The notes: generated from the letters alone by a model not told the origin. A DNA stretch of 64,000 nt from Paraspadella gotoi (GCA_051294375.1 JBJCIZ010000239.1:28405-92404); one strand, 5' to 3'; positions 12,406 through 26,628 are shown, counted from the first letter of the stretch. Translations and numbers: made by a program.

Positions 12406-12764
12406 ATGAAATGGTTGATATAAATAAGAAGAGAGAAAGTGAAAGAGATAAAATCCTCCAAACAAACTTCGACAATCGTTAAATTATTAAATAACACTTT
12501 TCTGTCTTTCGAACTAGTTTCAATAAATAAAATACCCAATAAATAAATACACCATATAAATAAGTATATACAGTTGCAGAATTATTTTTCGCGTAACTAT
12601 CAAGTATATATTCTATTATGATACAAACCATTGACCATAAAGTCTTCTAGGCAGAAGCGACTTCCAACCAAAAAAAAAGTTACAGTAAATGTCTTCTTCT
12701 TATTGGATTTATGATTTGGCCCGGACTCGAAGTAAACCCATTTTCATGAGACTTCATGACAGAT

Positions 12765-12903
<139 letters not shown>

Positions 12904-14054
12904 CCACCCAAAAATCAGTTTCGTTTGCTAAGCAATTTTTACGGAGGGTTAATTTCATGGGTAAAACTATTTGGCAAAGAAAACCGAACATAAAAAAAAA
13001 TCGCCAAAACGACAACTTTAAAAGTTTTATTGTCTTTTGTTTAAAAAATATTAAACTATAGATTGAACTTGGCTTAATAATTTGTTTAATGATACAATAA
13101 CTGCCAACTATTTTTTGTTTAACTTAAAGATGAAATAGATAATAGTGACTACATAACCTGACATCATTATAAAATACCAAATTATTGTAATTTTTCGTGC
13201 GATAAACCCCAAAGGATTTTTGTTTATAAAAGTTTTTTAAAATTTGTTTACAAAAAGCTAAGAGATCCTAGCAAAGTTTAAAAAAGACCCAACTACCCGG
13301 AACAAAAATCTGCGGTGCTGTTTGAAGAGTTACGCCTTAGATTAAGCGTGACTGATAATGAGTGCTACGTGGCAGTATAACTGTAAAAATATATATAAAA
13401 ATAAATAAACAACTTGATTTAAATTTTCGATTATCTCAGCTTTCATGTCTATAAAAAACAACAACAACAACAAATTATTCGAATTCTTTTTATAAAAAAA
13501 ATTGTTATTGTTACTGTTTCAGTTCTTGACAGCTCTTGATATTCCATTTGCAAGATTGTCCTCAGCATATGACGTATCAAAAATAGAAAAACGAGAGGAG
13601 ACAGAGAGACTCCGATACGCGTAGAGAACGCGAGCCTGTGAGAGAACGAGAGAGAGAAAGAGAAGACGAAGACGAACGACCGGAACGAGAGAAACGAGGA
13701 CGAGCAGAGCAGAGGAGTGTGATGATGAGAGAGAGAGAGAGGAGAGGAGAGATGCGAAGGAGAAAGACGAGACGAGATGATCAGAAGAGAGAGAGAGAGA
13801 GAGACCTGACCGGACGTCGGAAATGGATTTCATGTCGATCAGAATCGTTTTTCTTCGACCACAAACAAGACTTTTCTTCACGACTTCCCTCCATCCGCCC
13901 CTCTGTTTCCAACTTACCTTTTTCTTACCTGACCCCGCGGTTTTAACCACTAGAAACTATATTCATTTTCAAGGAATTATGCAATGTCTTCATCTTTGGT
14001 TTTCTTTTATTCTTTCATTTTTCTCCACAGAGCCCCATTCTTATCCGATCTTAT

Positions 14055-14452
14055 TCCATCTTGTTCATTTCCCTATCTTTCTACTTCTTGTACATCTCTC
14101 TTTCTTTTTCCATCTTGTACATGTCTCTTTATTTCTTCAGCTTGTACATCTCTCTTTCTTTCTCCAGCTTGTACATCTCTCTTTATTTCTTCAGCTTGTA
14201 CATTTCTCCTTCTTTTTCCTTCTTGTTTATCTCCCTATCTTTCTCCATCTTGTACATCTCTCTTTCTTTCTCCATCTTGTGCATCTCCCTATCTTTCTAC
14301 ATCTTGTACATCTCTCTTTCTTTCTACATCTTGTACATCTCTCTTTCTTTCTCCAGCTCGTTCATCTCCCTATTTTTCTACTTCTTGTACATCTCTATTT
14401 CTTTCTCCATCTCGTTCATCTCTATTTCTTTCTCCATCTTGTTCATCTCCCC
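14055..14452. repeat. 27-bp minisatellite, ~15 copies
   Basis: Unit ccatcttgtacatctctctttctttct with variants. Confidence 0.95.
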
Positions 14453-14602
14453 CTCTACACTTTTCCATCAATCAAGCACAGTCTGTTTCTTCAGCCGCTT
14501 CGTCATCCGCTTCTTCATCCGCTTCTTCGGCCGCTTCCTCATCCGTGCTGCAGATTCTTTGCAATGCGCAATAACTGTTGCTTCTTTCAAACGTTGACAT
14601 CT

Positions 14603-14808
<206 letters not shown>

Positions 14809-14876
14809 GAGTTAAACGGGAGAAATGTTGGTGATGATCGAGTTTTTAGGTCGAGGGAGATTTTGTCGGTCAAGAA

Positions 14877-15212
14877 TGGGCGGTGTCGGGCGGCGTCGGG
14901 CAGTGTCGGGCGGCGTCGGTTTGTTGACAGACATCAAAGATAACACCGCGGAAAATATGAATAAAGGAGAGAGAATCGATAGGAGAACAAACGGAGCGGA
15001 CACGGGCGTGGACCGGTGGCAAAGCGTGACAGGGGGGTGGCAAAGCGTGACAGGGGGGAGCAAAGCGTGGCAAAGATTGAAGGGAAGGAGAAAAGGATGG
15101 CAGGGAAGTTGCTTTCAAAGCGTTGCAAAGGTGAGCGAGCCTAGGGGCAAAGAATGCTTTTCGCAGCGGGAGAAGGTTGGCAAAGGGTGACAGGGGGAAG
15201 CAAAGCGTGGCG
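14877..15212. repeat. GC-rich 10-bp (GGGCGGYGTC) and 21-bp (GGTGGCAAAGCGTGACAGGGG) tandem repeats
   Basis: Direct reading at 14877-14919, 15015-15075 and 15175-15212. Confidence 0.8.
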
Positions 15213-15860
15213 AATGGGTTTGAGCCTAAGTGCAATGTACTGCGGCCAAGCGTGTCACTGGCGTTACACCGTGTCAAAACGTAACCGGTGGCCTTCCGAG
15301 GCAAAGGAGAGACCCTCCGACCTTAAGACTGAAAGATCAGGAGTTGACGCCCGACATAAAACAAACAGAACTTGTAAATGAAATTAAAATTGAGACTTGT
15401 CATCACAGAATATTAAAATAAGTTACCAAAACAAAAGCAGCCATTTGATTCCAAAAATAAATAAAATATGATGTGACAACAACAACAACAAAACAACAAC
15501 AACAACGTTTTGGAACAAAGCTGAGCCAACGCACAACGTCGTCATAACCCGTGAAACTACTCGCTCTCACTCTCTCTCTGTCCCTCTCTGTCTCTATCTC
15601 CCTCCCACTCGATATTTCTCTCTGACGAAAAAACACACTTGCTCACACACACAAACACACACTCACACACACTCTGCGCACATAAAGTCGAAATACATCG
15701 ATGTGGGTGGAAAGATTTCGTGCTTCTTCCTTCGCGAGGGTCAAAACTTATTCACTTCTTTCTTTTATTTTCTTTTTATGTCTCTATTTATTTATTTCTT
15801 TTCTTTCTTGCTTGCTTTCTTTTCTCTCTCTCTCTCTCTACCCTCCTTCTTCTTCTCTCT

Positions 15861-15909
<49 letters not shown>

Positions 15910-17046
15910 TCATATCTCATGTTTTTTGGATGACGGCATTATTTCGAGATTTTCCTCTTACATGCGGTCATGGTCTTGTAATCTCCCCATGCTTCTCAAC
16001 AGTTCCAATCAAATCGCCCCCTCCGGCGACCAACCGAATCGCTCCACCAATCAGCGCCTCTCTTTAACCCACAACAATAAAAAAAAAAAGGTTAAAATCG
16101 TAAAGATTCTTCACGCTTCGAGCCTCACTCCGTCCACAGCGATTTCGAGCAAGAATTTGTTTACTATTTCGGCCTAAACATGACCGTAACTCGCGTCACC
16201 TTTTATATTTGACGTGGGACGTTAGTTTCTAGTAAAAAGAACGGCGGGGGAGCTTCGGTAAGGGGACCGGTTTCTCGAACATTCTGTGAATCATATATTT
16301 GTCCATTGTGTGGTTGTACGACGTAAGGACAAGGTGATTCAGCCGGCCAATTCACCTTGTCGCAACCGTGCGTCGCAAACAATGCCACTTACCTTGATAC
16401 CCTAAATACCTAAATGTAATTTGCATTGAGCAGTTTTTTTTTGGCCACTTTTCCTAGTGGCATTTTACGTGCTTTTCGAAAATCTTTAACTGAACAACAG
16501 AGGAAAGTTATATCATTTTATACAGCTATAGCGTCTCATTAGATAAAATAGTATCGTATGTTTAAACATTGTCTTATTTTGCGGCATTTCTTTAATTAAG
16601 TTTAAAAAATCTAAAACTCTTTTAGAGTTCTGTTAGTAATGCCGTAGGATTAATATTCGATGTTACCGCCTCTGGATCCACAGTCGCCGTTACCATCTCA
16701 TTTTCAATTTAAAACCTAAATTTGTCAACGGCGAAATAGAGTGAGGCAACGAGTCATTGCAACCCCCCCCCCTTCTTTGTCTGTCTCTTCGCCCATCTAA
16801 AGTCGCTTCACCAATTTAAAGATCCTTTCGACCCCCGGGAAATTGAGGGGAGACAAAGAGAGAGAACATTTTCCATTGTGAAGAAAATGGAAACGACGAC
16901 GACGACGACGACGACGACGGCGTCACGGGGCGAAACCCCACCGCGCCTTAAGGGAAGGAATTCGAAATTGGGGGGGGGGGAGAGAAGATTTTAGATGCAA
17001 AGGCGAAATCCGTTGAGAGGGAACATTTTTTTTTTATTGGAACGGA

Positions 17047-17345
17047 TTGGTCATTCATTCATACGTTCATTCATACATTAATTTATTAATTTATTAATTA
17101 ATTCATTCATTCATTAAATAATTCATTCATTCTTTGATTAACTTATTCATAAATTTACTAATTCATCCACTCTAGATATTTATTCATTGATTCATTTATA
17201 AATTTACTAATTCATCCACTCCAGATATTTATTCATTGAATTATTCATAAATTTACTCATTCATTAAGATCAGTAATTAATTCAGTGATTCATTCATAAA
17301 TTAATATTTCATTGACTCCGAAATTTTATTCATTGATTCATGAAT
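17047..17345. repeat. Degenerate (ATTC)n tract
   Basis: Direct reading. Confidence 0.85.
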
Positions 17346-17347
17346 TC

Positions 17348-17692
17348 GAATTAGGGTTTAGAGTTAAGGTTAAGGATTAGCTTAAGATTAGGGATTAGGG
17401 TTACGAATTAGAGTTAAGGATTAGCTTAAGATTAGGGATTAGGGTTAGAAATTAGAGTTAAGCATTAGCTTAAGATTAGGGATTAGGGTTATGAATTAGA
17501 GTTAAGGATTAGCTTAAGATTAGGGATTAGAGTTAGGAATTAGTGTTAAGGATTAGCTTAAGATTAGGGATTAGGGTTACGAATTAGAGTTAAGCATTAG
17601 CTTAAGATTAGGGATTAGGGTTACGAATTAGAGTTTAGGATTAGCTTAAGATTAGGGATTGGGGTTAGAAATTAGAGTTAAGGATTAGCTCA
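17348..17692. repeat. 44-bp minisatellite containing telomere-like TTAGGG, ~8 copies
   Basis: Unit gaattagagttaaggattagcttaagattagggattagggttac. Followed at 17750-17785 by a TIR-like end homologous to the reverse complement of 27274-27310. Confidence 0.92.
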
Positions 17693-18103
17693 TAGCTTTA
17701 ATAATAATTTAAAATTAAATATCAAGGTTTCTTTTAATTCAGGTATCAAAGAACAGAAATGAGGCGCTCTCGGAAAAGAGAGCCAAAAAAAAAAGCAAGA
17801 GGAAGAAAACGTAAGGAAAAAGTCGATAAAAAAAACAACAGAAGAGAAAATAGAAAGAGAAAAGACAAAAGACATCGACGCCGAGAATTGTAAGAGCATT
17901 ATCCCCCGGTTTTTAACGCCGCATCGAAGGGTATTAACGCGGCATCAACGCGGCATTAGTTCGGCATTAACGCAGCGCGAAGCCGCAATGTCGAAGGAGC
18001 AGCGCTAATTCTTTTGGAATATATATACAATCGTGTCGTGCGGACTGGATCTTAGTAACTGGGAAACGAAACTTCAAAAGGAGGGGTCGAGGAATATGAC
18101 GAA

Positions 18104-18138
<35 letters not shown>

Positions 18139-18726
18139 TTGTGAGAATTTAACGATCAGCAATTTTTTTTTTCTTCTTGGGACTCGGGGGCGAAGCTTTC
18201 GGCTCGGGAACCGAAATCTTGCGACTATCATCAATGGTCGAGGCAGCGGCAGAAGCGAGGGCGATGATGACGACGATTGCTGAGAGAGGGGGAAAGCAAT
18301 GAGGACGAAGGCGAAGAATATAGTTTTCTCTTATTTCTTTGAAAATATAGAAATGATCTCGTCGCTTTTGTTTTCCTTCACGTTAATGTCTTAATTCTGT
18401 TTTTTATTTGTTTGATTTATTTTTTTTTTGCTGACGTATGCTACTGTATCGTTCTTGATATGAAAGAAAATTCTCAAAATATATATATAAAGACGACGTA
18501 TATAGTGGACGTTTTAAACTTTGTTACTTGAAAGATAGAATCCGAGGTTGTTTGGGTAAAATCCAATTTTTTTTGCCCCTTGAAAATAAATTTGATCCGT
18601 TTCCTTTGACGATGAAGAAAAAAAAGAATGACAACAACAACAAAGATAGCCGGGGGGGGGTGGAAGGATTAATCCCTGATTTTGGTACTTCTGCTCTCTC
18701 TCTCCTCTCTCCTTCTCTCTCTCCTC

Positions 18727-18782
<56 letters not shown>

Positions 18783-18814
18783 CTCTTCTTTTTTTCCTCT
18801 GTCTATTAACTTAC

Positions 18815-18881
18815 TGATTTGGCCCTGAAGATGATCTGTCCAATGGATCGAAATATTGTACTCCCAATGTGTAATCTCTAT
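18815..18881 (-). CDS. Candidate small exon
   Basis: tatctttgttAG acceptor and GTAAGT donor enclose 67 nt that are open in two frames. Unidentified. Confidence 0.2.
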
Positions 18882-19377
18882 CTAACAAAGATAGCTCCAA
18901 TCCATTGGCAGATCGAGAAGAAAGACCAAAATTGCGATAACAACAACAACAACAATTTAGCGAAAACTGGAGAGGAAAAGATTTTAGAAGATTTGACGAC
19001 GACGAAAACGACGACGACGACGACGACGACGACGCCTCTAATATTCGATTCCAACAGGAATGAAATTGCGTTGGAATAAAAAAAAAACGAGAATCTTCGT
19101 TGATGGGAAAAAAACTAAATCGAGAGGAAAAAAGAAAAAAACAAGTTTTTTTTTTGGTCCAATCAGCCGAAAAACAGTTTTTTATCTTTGACAAAACAGT
19201 TTTTTATCTCTGACAAAACAGTTTCTTGCTTTTTTTTTTCTTTTTGGTGTTAATTTTCAGCGACGATTTTTATCAATGTCAAAAAAAGGTTTAGATTTTT
19301 TTTCGTTGGGGGGGGGGGAATTTGGGAAAAATTGCCGACAAAATCATTGTCTCCGATAAATGGTGACAATGAACATT

Positions 19378-19645
19378 GGGCTATCTTTTCCCAGAGCGCC
19401 CTATTTTCTGAAAGCGGCACTAGCAGTCCCTTAGATTTGAGGTTTTTTTTGTCCTAACAAATGAGCAACCAATGTAGGCGAATTATATACGTTTTTAACA
19501 TAAGTGAGACAGACCGACGGACAGACATACCAACCAAAAGACTGACAGACAGACCAACAGACCGACCAAAAAGTGACTTATAGATTAGCTCCGCGAGTAC
19601 TTCTGAATTAAAGATGAAACGGGGCGTTCAGGGAAAATAAGGCAC
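19378..19645. mobile_element. MITE with ~25-bp imperfect TIRs (family T1) enclosing a HINE-like body
   Basis: Left end gggctatcttttcccagagcgccc, right end ggggcgttcagggaaaataaggcac. The interior matches 8775-8945. Confidence 0.7.
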
Positions 19646-19967
19646 ACATGACATTCAACGATTGAGATTTTTGACTACAAGTCGACGGAAACAACCAATT
19701 TTCAATGAACGACGACGACGACGACGACGACGAAGACGACGACTATGTCCACAGTGACAACTGTAAAAAGCTGAATGGACATTTTTTCATTGGTCCGCAA
19801 GATTTATGAATGTAGTGTCTAATGAATATTTGATTTACGAAAACCTTCGTCTTTCTGTCATGAAGGGGAAAACCATCGATTTCGGAGGCAAAGAGAAGAA
19901 GCAGGAGGGGCACAAAATTAAACATGAGAGAGAGAGAGAGAGAGTAGAGGAGAGAGAGAGGAAGAGA

Positions 19968-20002
<35 letters not shown>

Positions 20003-20103
20003 GAGAGAGAGAGAGAGTCAATGTTGTCCTTTAGGCTTATCGATATTGCCGTTTCTTTATTTCCCAACTCCATTTTTATTTTCTTATCTTTTTCTGTATT
20101 TTG

Positions 20104-20184
<81 letters not shown>

Positions 20185-20358
20185 GTCGACTCCTGTTCTG
20201 TTGTTTTAAGATTAATGCCCTTATAAATCTCCGCGTTCTGAGAAGAGGAAACGATGGAAGGAAACAGGAAAGGAAAAAAAAACCCGCTGATGGTGAAGTC
20301 AACAGAATTGTTTCTGAAAAATCGTTGGTGGTAACTCTCCTCTCTCTCTCTCTCTTTT

Positions 20359-20389
<31 letters not shown>

Positions 20390-20398
20390 TCTCTCTCT

Positions 20399-20442
<44 letters not shown>

Positions 20443-20560
20443 CTCTCATCCCCGACACAAAAGAATGGAGTCAGTCGCTCTCTCTCTCCCCCTCGGGGCG
20501 AGCGACATCCGGTTGGAGTCTCGACGCGAGAGAGAAGAAATAAAGAGAGAGAGAAGAGAG

Positions 20561-20610
<50 letters not shown>

Positions 20611-20699
20611 GAGAGAGAAAGGAAGAGAGAGAGAAAGTTTTAGAGAGAGAGAGGACGGTCGTGAGTCGCGCGAGACAAAAAAAAAAGCGAAGAGAGAAA

Positions 20700-21330
20700 T
20701 TGGAGGAAAAAGGAAATAAAATGGAGAAAATTGGAAAGAAAATGGCGAGAAAAGAGAAAGGGAATTTAGAGGAAAAAAGGAGAGAAAATGGCGGGAAAAA
20801 GGAAAGAGAAATTGGATGAAAATGGAAAGAAAAAATGTAGAAAAAAAGAAACGAGAAATTTGCTGAGGAAAAAGTAAAAATCAAGAAATAAGATTTAAAA
20901 TTTGGTAAAAAATAGAAAAGGTGGAAACGGAAATGGTGGAAAAGGGAAATGGGGAAAAGAGAAGTGGATATAGTGGAAAAGGGAAATGGAAATGGGGGAA
21001 AAAGAAATAAAAATAGTGAAAAAAGAAGTGGAAATGAGGGGAAAAATGGAAATGGAAATAGTGAAAAAAGGAAATTGAAATGAGGGAATAGAGAAATGGA
21101 AATAATGGAAAAGGAAATGAAATTGGGAATGAGGAAAAAGAAAATAGTGGAAAAATGGAAATGGAAATGGGAAAAAAAATATGGAAATGGAGCAAGAAAT
21201 TAAAATCGAGAAAAATAGAAAATAAAGTAAATTAAAAAAAATGGGAAAGAAAAAAAAAAGTAAAATAAGAAGAAAATAAATGGGGAAAAAAAAGGGGACA
21301 AAATAAAGAGTAAGTGAAGGAAAGAAAAAT
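20700..21330. repeat. Degenerate (GGAAAT)n purine-rich satellite
   Basis: Recurring ggaaat / aaaatagtg(g)aaaa. Confidence 0.8.
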
Positions 21331-22358
21331 GAAAATGATGTGGAAACTCTTAAAGGTTCAAGTGGAATGAGGACGGAAAAGGAGTCATCAGGATATGGAA
21401 GTGACATAGGTATAACTTACAAGGATGATAGGGAAAAGAGGACAACAGGGTGACAAAGCGAATCCGCAAGAGTACATAAAGCAAAGGGCCGACAAAAACA
21501 GGTTTTCCTTTTGCTCAATAAGTTAAAGAAATTATTGTAAAAGCGAACGAGATTACGGATTAAAAAAACAAAACAAAAGAAATTCACGCTAGAGGCGCGA
21601 AATGAGGCAGAGAAATAGGGAATAAGAGGAGGAAGAGAATAAAGAGGAAGAAGAACGAAACAATTGATGATTTGTTTCCATTCAATTTTTAATTAAAAAG
21701 CGAGAGAGGCCGCCCCCCCATTCTCCTTCCTCTCCACCCATCCCCCCCCTTCTGACGGTGAAGGAATGAAGGCCTCACGGCGGAATCGTGTGAGGGAGAA
21801 AAGTGAACGTGAAAAGCTTTCGCTCAGTTGTGATAATTGGTCGCTCGGTTGTGACATCTCGAGCCGGTGAGTTTTGGAGTGGGGGGGGGTGGTTTGAGAG
21901 ATAAAGGCAACTCCAAAAATTTATGTTTAATTATGGTTACGAATTATCTTAGATCAGCCAAGTTGAATGGAAAGAAGCGAAAAAAATATGAGAAAATTGA
22001 TATAAAAGTAAATTGCGATGGATTAGACTGATACAGTACAGTACAGTACTGTACAGTACTAAAATTTGAAAGTTTTGTCATCTTTACGTAATGTGGGAAA
22101 GAAAAAGTAGAAAACATAAATAGAAAACATTTAAATAAATTTATGCTCTTTTTTAAAGTTAGAGAAGCTCAAGAAAGGGACAAAAAGAATGGCATAGGGT
22201 AAAAGGAAAAAAAATCATTTAAAGCTTTAAAAGGTTAAACGCAGAGAAGAAAGGAAATCAGGAAAAAAAAAGAAAGAAAAAGATAAAAAGAAAATAACCT
22301 TGAACCTCAACACTGCGACGCCTTTGAACGAATGTTTTGTCTTAGTCATTGGCTGAAA

Positions 22359-22410
<52 letters not shown>

Positions 22411-22431
22411 GAGAGAGAGACGAGACGAGTG

Positions 22432-22463
<32 letters not shown>

Positions 22464-23260
22464 AGACAGCTTGTTTTCTGTATAGAATATTAAGGAACTA
22501 TTAGAAACAAAATTAAGTGCAGAGTCAGAATTCAAACAGAAAAATTAAAAGGCTCTCACGTTAGTGACGACATCCACTAAAGTGAGATGCGGATTTATGG
22601 ACACAACAGTTAGGACAGTTATAACTGTTGACGCTGACAACAGCTAAGACTGTGACAACTATTTAAGATAAAAGATTGGAAAAAAAAATCTACCATGGAG
22701 ACAACCGCTATCAGTAATATGAAAATGCAATTTGTTGCCAATCTTTAATTTTATAAATCGCATTTCTCTCTCATCATCATCGTCTCATCATCTCTCATCT
22801 CTCGTTCTTCTCTCTCTCCTCTGCTCTGCACGATCTCTCTCTCCTCTTCTCATCTCTTCTCATTCTCGTCTGTCATGATCTCGGTCCATCTCTCTCAGTC
22901 TCACACCCCGACCCGCTATTTACCCCGATGTCTTTTCTCCCTTCGAACGATCACATGTCTAACAATAACTTACTTTGTCTCTCTTTTTTTACCCCATTTA
23001 TCTTCATGCTTTTCCTCGACTTTCCAAAGAAGGTAAGTAAGTGTTAAAAGTTACGGTTTGGTTATTATACTTCGTCAGTTCCGCTCAGCCGTTAGTCGTA
23101 TATCACGCTTTGAAAATAGTGAAAAAGTCCTTTGTTTGCAACTGAAGTCATAACCGGGAGAAATAAATGACCTCTTAGAACAGGGGAGAAAAATAATACG
23201 GGCACTCAGCCACTTTAACGTTACATACAGAAAACTCTTGGCGGCGCTAGCGTACCGAGA

Positions 23261-23336
<76 letters not shown>

Positions 23337-23464
23337 AATCGTGGAACTAAAGAAATCCAGGGTAAAAAAAAATTCATATTAATGAGATTAGAGATGTTGT
23401 GAGAAAGAGGATTTAAACGATGATGGATGCTGGGGGGAATTTTATTTCTTTTACTTTCTTTCGT

Positions 23465-23540
<76 letters not shown>

Positions 23541-23566
23541 TTTTTCTTTCTTTCTTTCTTTCTTTC
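23465..23566. repeat. (TTTC)n microsatellite
   Basis: Direct reading. Confidence 0.95.
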
Positions 23567-24016
23567 TTACTTTCTATCTTTGTTTTTTCTTCCCTTCTTT
23601 CTTTTTCTTTTTTTTCATCTCTCTTTCTCTTAATTTTTCCCCATTTTTTTCTTGTTTACATTAAATATGTTTTTCACTTGTGCCTGTTACTATATAAAAC
23701 CCCTATCGTTGAGGGAGTCTGACTTATTCTCTAAAGAGACGAAGCCTGAAAACAAAAATGGAAGATGTTTCTTGGCGGTGAGACTTCTCTGAATCTGAAT
23801 AGACGCAAAGCAATTCACCTCACACCTTTCACATCAAACTTTTTTTAATTGTCCTTTGACAATACTTCTCCGACTTCAATAAAAACTAAGAACATGTTAA
23901 TAAAGAAGAACCTCCGCTATTTTTGTCTTAAAAATATCATTAAATCGGTTTTTCAATCTGTAAAAAAAATTATATGCAAATTATATTTTCGCACGTTTTC
24001 CATATATTTAATTTTT

Positions 24017-24293
24017 GCCGGAAGGGAGGAAAGGAATTCTTGTTCGGTAAAACGAAGCCGGAAGTCCCGCCGGAAGACGCCGGTTGCCGGAATTGACTTT
24101 CGGAAACAACTCGAGACTCTGATTCGTCGTCGACTTCCGAAAAGAAATCGAAATTTCCCTCGAGATCCACGCGAATCAAATCGTAAAACAGGAAATTATC
24201 CGGTTGACCCACTTTTGCCGGAAGCCGGATGCGAAATCTCTTTTCCGCTCGTTACCAAACTGCCTGGTGGGAGGAAGACTTTTCTGCCGGAAG
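24017..24293 (+). promoter_or_regulatory. Cluster of ETS-type CCGGAAG motifs in CpG-rich non-repeat DNA
   Basis: GCCGGAAG five times (CCGGAAG at 24018, 24058, 24070, 24218, 24287) plus CCGGAAT and CCGGATG, all in the same orientation. Confidence 0.3.
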
Positions 24294-25513
24294 ACAAAGT
24301 CTGTGAGAGAAAACAAATCACTTCGTTAGGTCGAGAAGAGATTTATTCGGGATTAGGTCTAGAAAATCTCTTCGTTAGAGTTACGTCGAGTTACGATTAC
24401 GCATCAAATTGAAAAAAAAATACATTTTTTTACTTTAGGGGAGAAATTTAGGATGAATTGGGGCGCTCTGGGAAAATAAGGTCGGGAACACTGACCTGTC
24501 CTTGCCACGAGGGCCTGGCGTTTGTATCCCGATCCGTCTCTCGTTCAGTGAGGCTGATAATGAGTTAAGCTCACCAAAGTATTTTTGGGAATCTTAATCA
24601 CGAAGATAAATTGATGGTAACTCGGTCAACTGATACAACTCTTGGAAGCAAAGGCTTCAGTTTAAAAGCTCTAAGATTCATTTTAGTAGGGGAGGGCAAT
24701 AAGCCTTATAAGGCTAAGCCTAAGGCAGAAAATTAATTCAAATGATCACATTTTTTTGATAAGTTTCATTCTAAAGAGTGTGATTAGTTTAATTGTTTAA
24801 TTTGTTAAACTGTAATTGATAAAGCTACTTTCAGCAAATTTATTCTAGTTTGTTAAGTAAATTCTTTTATTTTTGAGCTTTGAAGTCTAATGTCCAGCCA
24901 TGTTAAATTGATTCTTTTGTTCAACTTTTTTAAATTAAAAATTAATATGTTTCATTATCCTTTAACAAATCGATTCTCTTTTGTTCAACTTTACCTCTCC
25001 CAACTCCTTAGCTTTCCACGTGGGGACTCTGTCTTCCCGCGCCTTTTATTTCTCTTCGATACTATTCGCGCCCTCTTTCGTCCCAAGAGAATCTTTTCTT
25101 CTCCGAAGCGTGAACGCCTCTTTCCATCTCCCAACCGTACGGTGGCGCTGGTGAGACAATTTTCTGCCTTTGTAGTCAATCCGTTGTGGATTCGAAAGAC
25201 AAAAGGAAAGAACCTTTGGTCGGTCTGACCGTCTGAGACAAATTACGTAGGTTGTTTATTTTTAATATTTTTAATATTTAAGATTTAAAACTTGCTAATT
25301 ACTTTCTATACGTCTGAGACTATTATATGTAACAAATTACGAGGTGAGTAAGGTTTTAAAAATACGCATACGTAAAAAAGTCAAATGTGCTAAATTAATC
25401 AATTAATTATTTAATTAATTACGTACAATTACCTATTCTTTTTTAATTTGAATGTTTTATGCTCTTTCCCCTTTTTTTTTGTCCTTACAGTAAAAGCCTC
25501 TACTTTCACGTTT

Positions 25514-25564
<51 letters not shown>

Positions 25565-26157
25565 TTCTCATCCGATAACCTCTCTCTCTTTTTTCCCCAT
25601 CTCCATTTGCGCGGCGCCTCGTTTCTCCGGATCGACCGGTCCGTGGGTTCTGTCCATCCGTCTCCCGGCGCCGTGTACTTTTTCGGCGTTGATTCGCCGG
25701 TAGAGGGAATGTATAGATCGTCTGCTTTCCATTTATTTTAAGAGTATGTATGAGAATTGTTTTAAAAGTTTTAAAAGTTTTAATATCTTTAAAGTTTATT
25801 TAATTTATTTAATCTAATCCCATTTCAAGAACCCAAGTCTTTCTAAACTGAATTGTTCAAATTTAAAATTTCCGAAATTTTACACTTATTTTATTTTTTT
25901 CCCCTCAATTTTAAGTTTAGTATGATAAATGGATGACTGGACCAATCTCTTAATTAAGACTAAGTATTAGATTTAGGAATATATCTAGTTCAGAAATTAG
26001 CACAACCGATATACAAATTATTCATTCATTCAATAAATAAGCTATCTTGCCCTTGACTTTGGACTATGGCGAGTCAAGGCCTCTATTTAAATAATAATAT
26101 AGCAGGACTAGCTAAGCCTTAGTAGTTAAATTATATGATTTACATAATAATAATAAA

Positions 26158-26333
26158 CGAATAAACGAGACTGTGAGAGAGTCTTGATTGAAAGCTTGCA
26201 GGGACCTGCTATGTCGTTATCTTGTAAGAGTGATGGAGACCTTAAACCACCAATGCCTGTCCAAAGTCGGAGGCAAGATAGCTTATTTATTAAACGAATG
26301 GATAATTTTTATATTGCTTGTACGAATTTCATA
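26158..26333. mobile_element. R1 repeat copy
   Basis: Highly similar to 10328-10497. Confidence 0.9.
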
Positions 26334-26594
26334 AAGCGAAGCTCCTGAATTTTACATCTGACCCGTGAAGCGTTTCTTAAGTCTCACCCCCCATTTTAAT
26401 ATTCAAGTCAAATTAAGAATGATTTCTTACATTTTCCAATTTTTCCGAAAATTCAGTCCGTTGGCTCTAAGAACTTACCTCACCCTTTTTCACTTCCCCG
26501 TTGGTAAGTTTCGCCTTTCCAATCTCATTTTCTTTTTTTTTCCCCTCCTTTTCTCGGTCGAGACGTCTTACAACGATGATTCATTTCCGATTCG

Positions 26595-26628
<34 letters not shown>

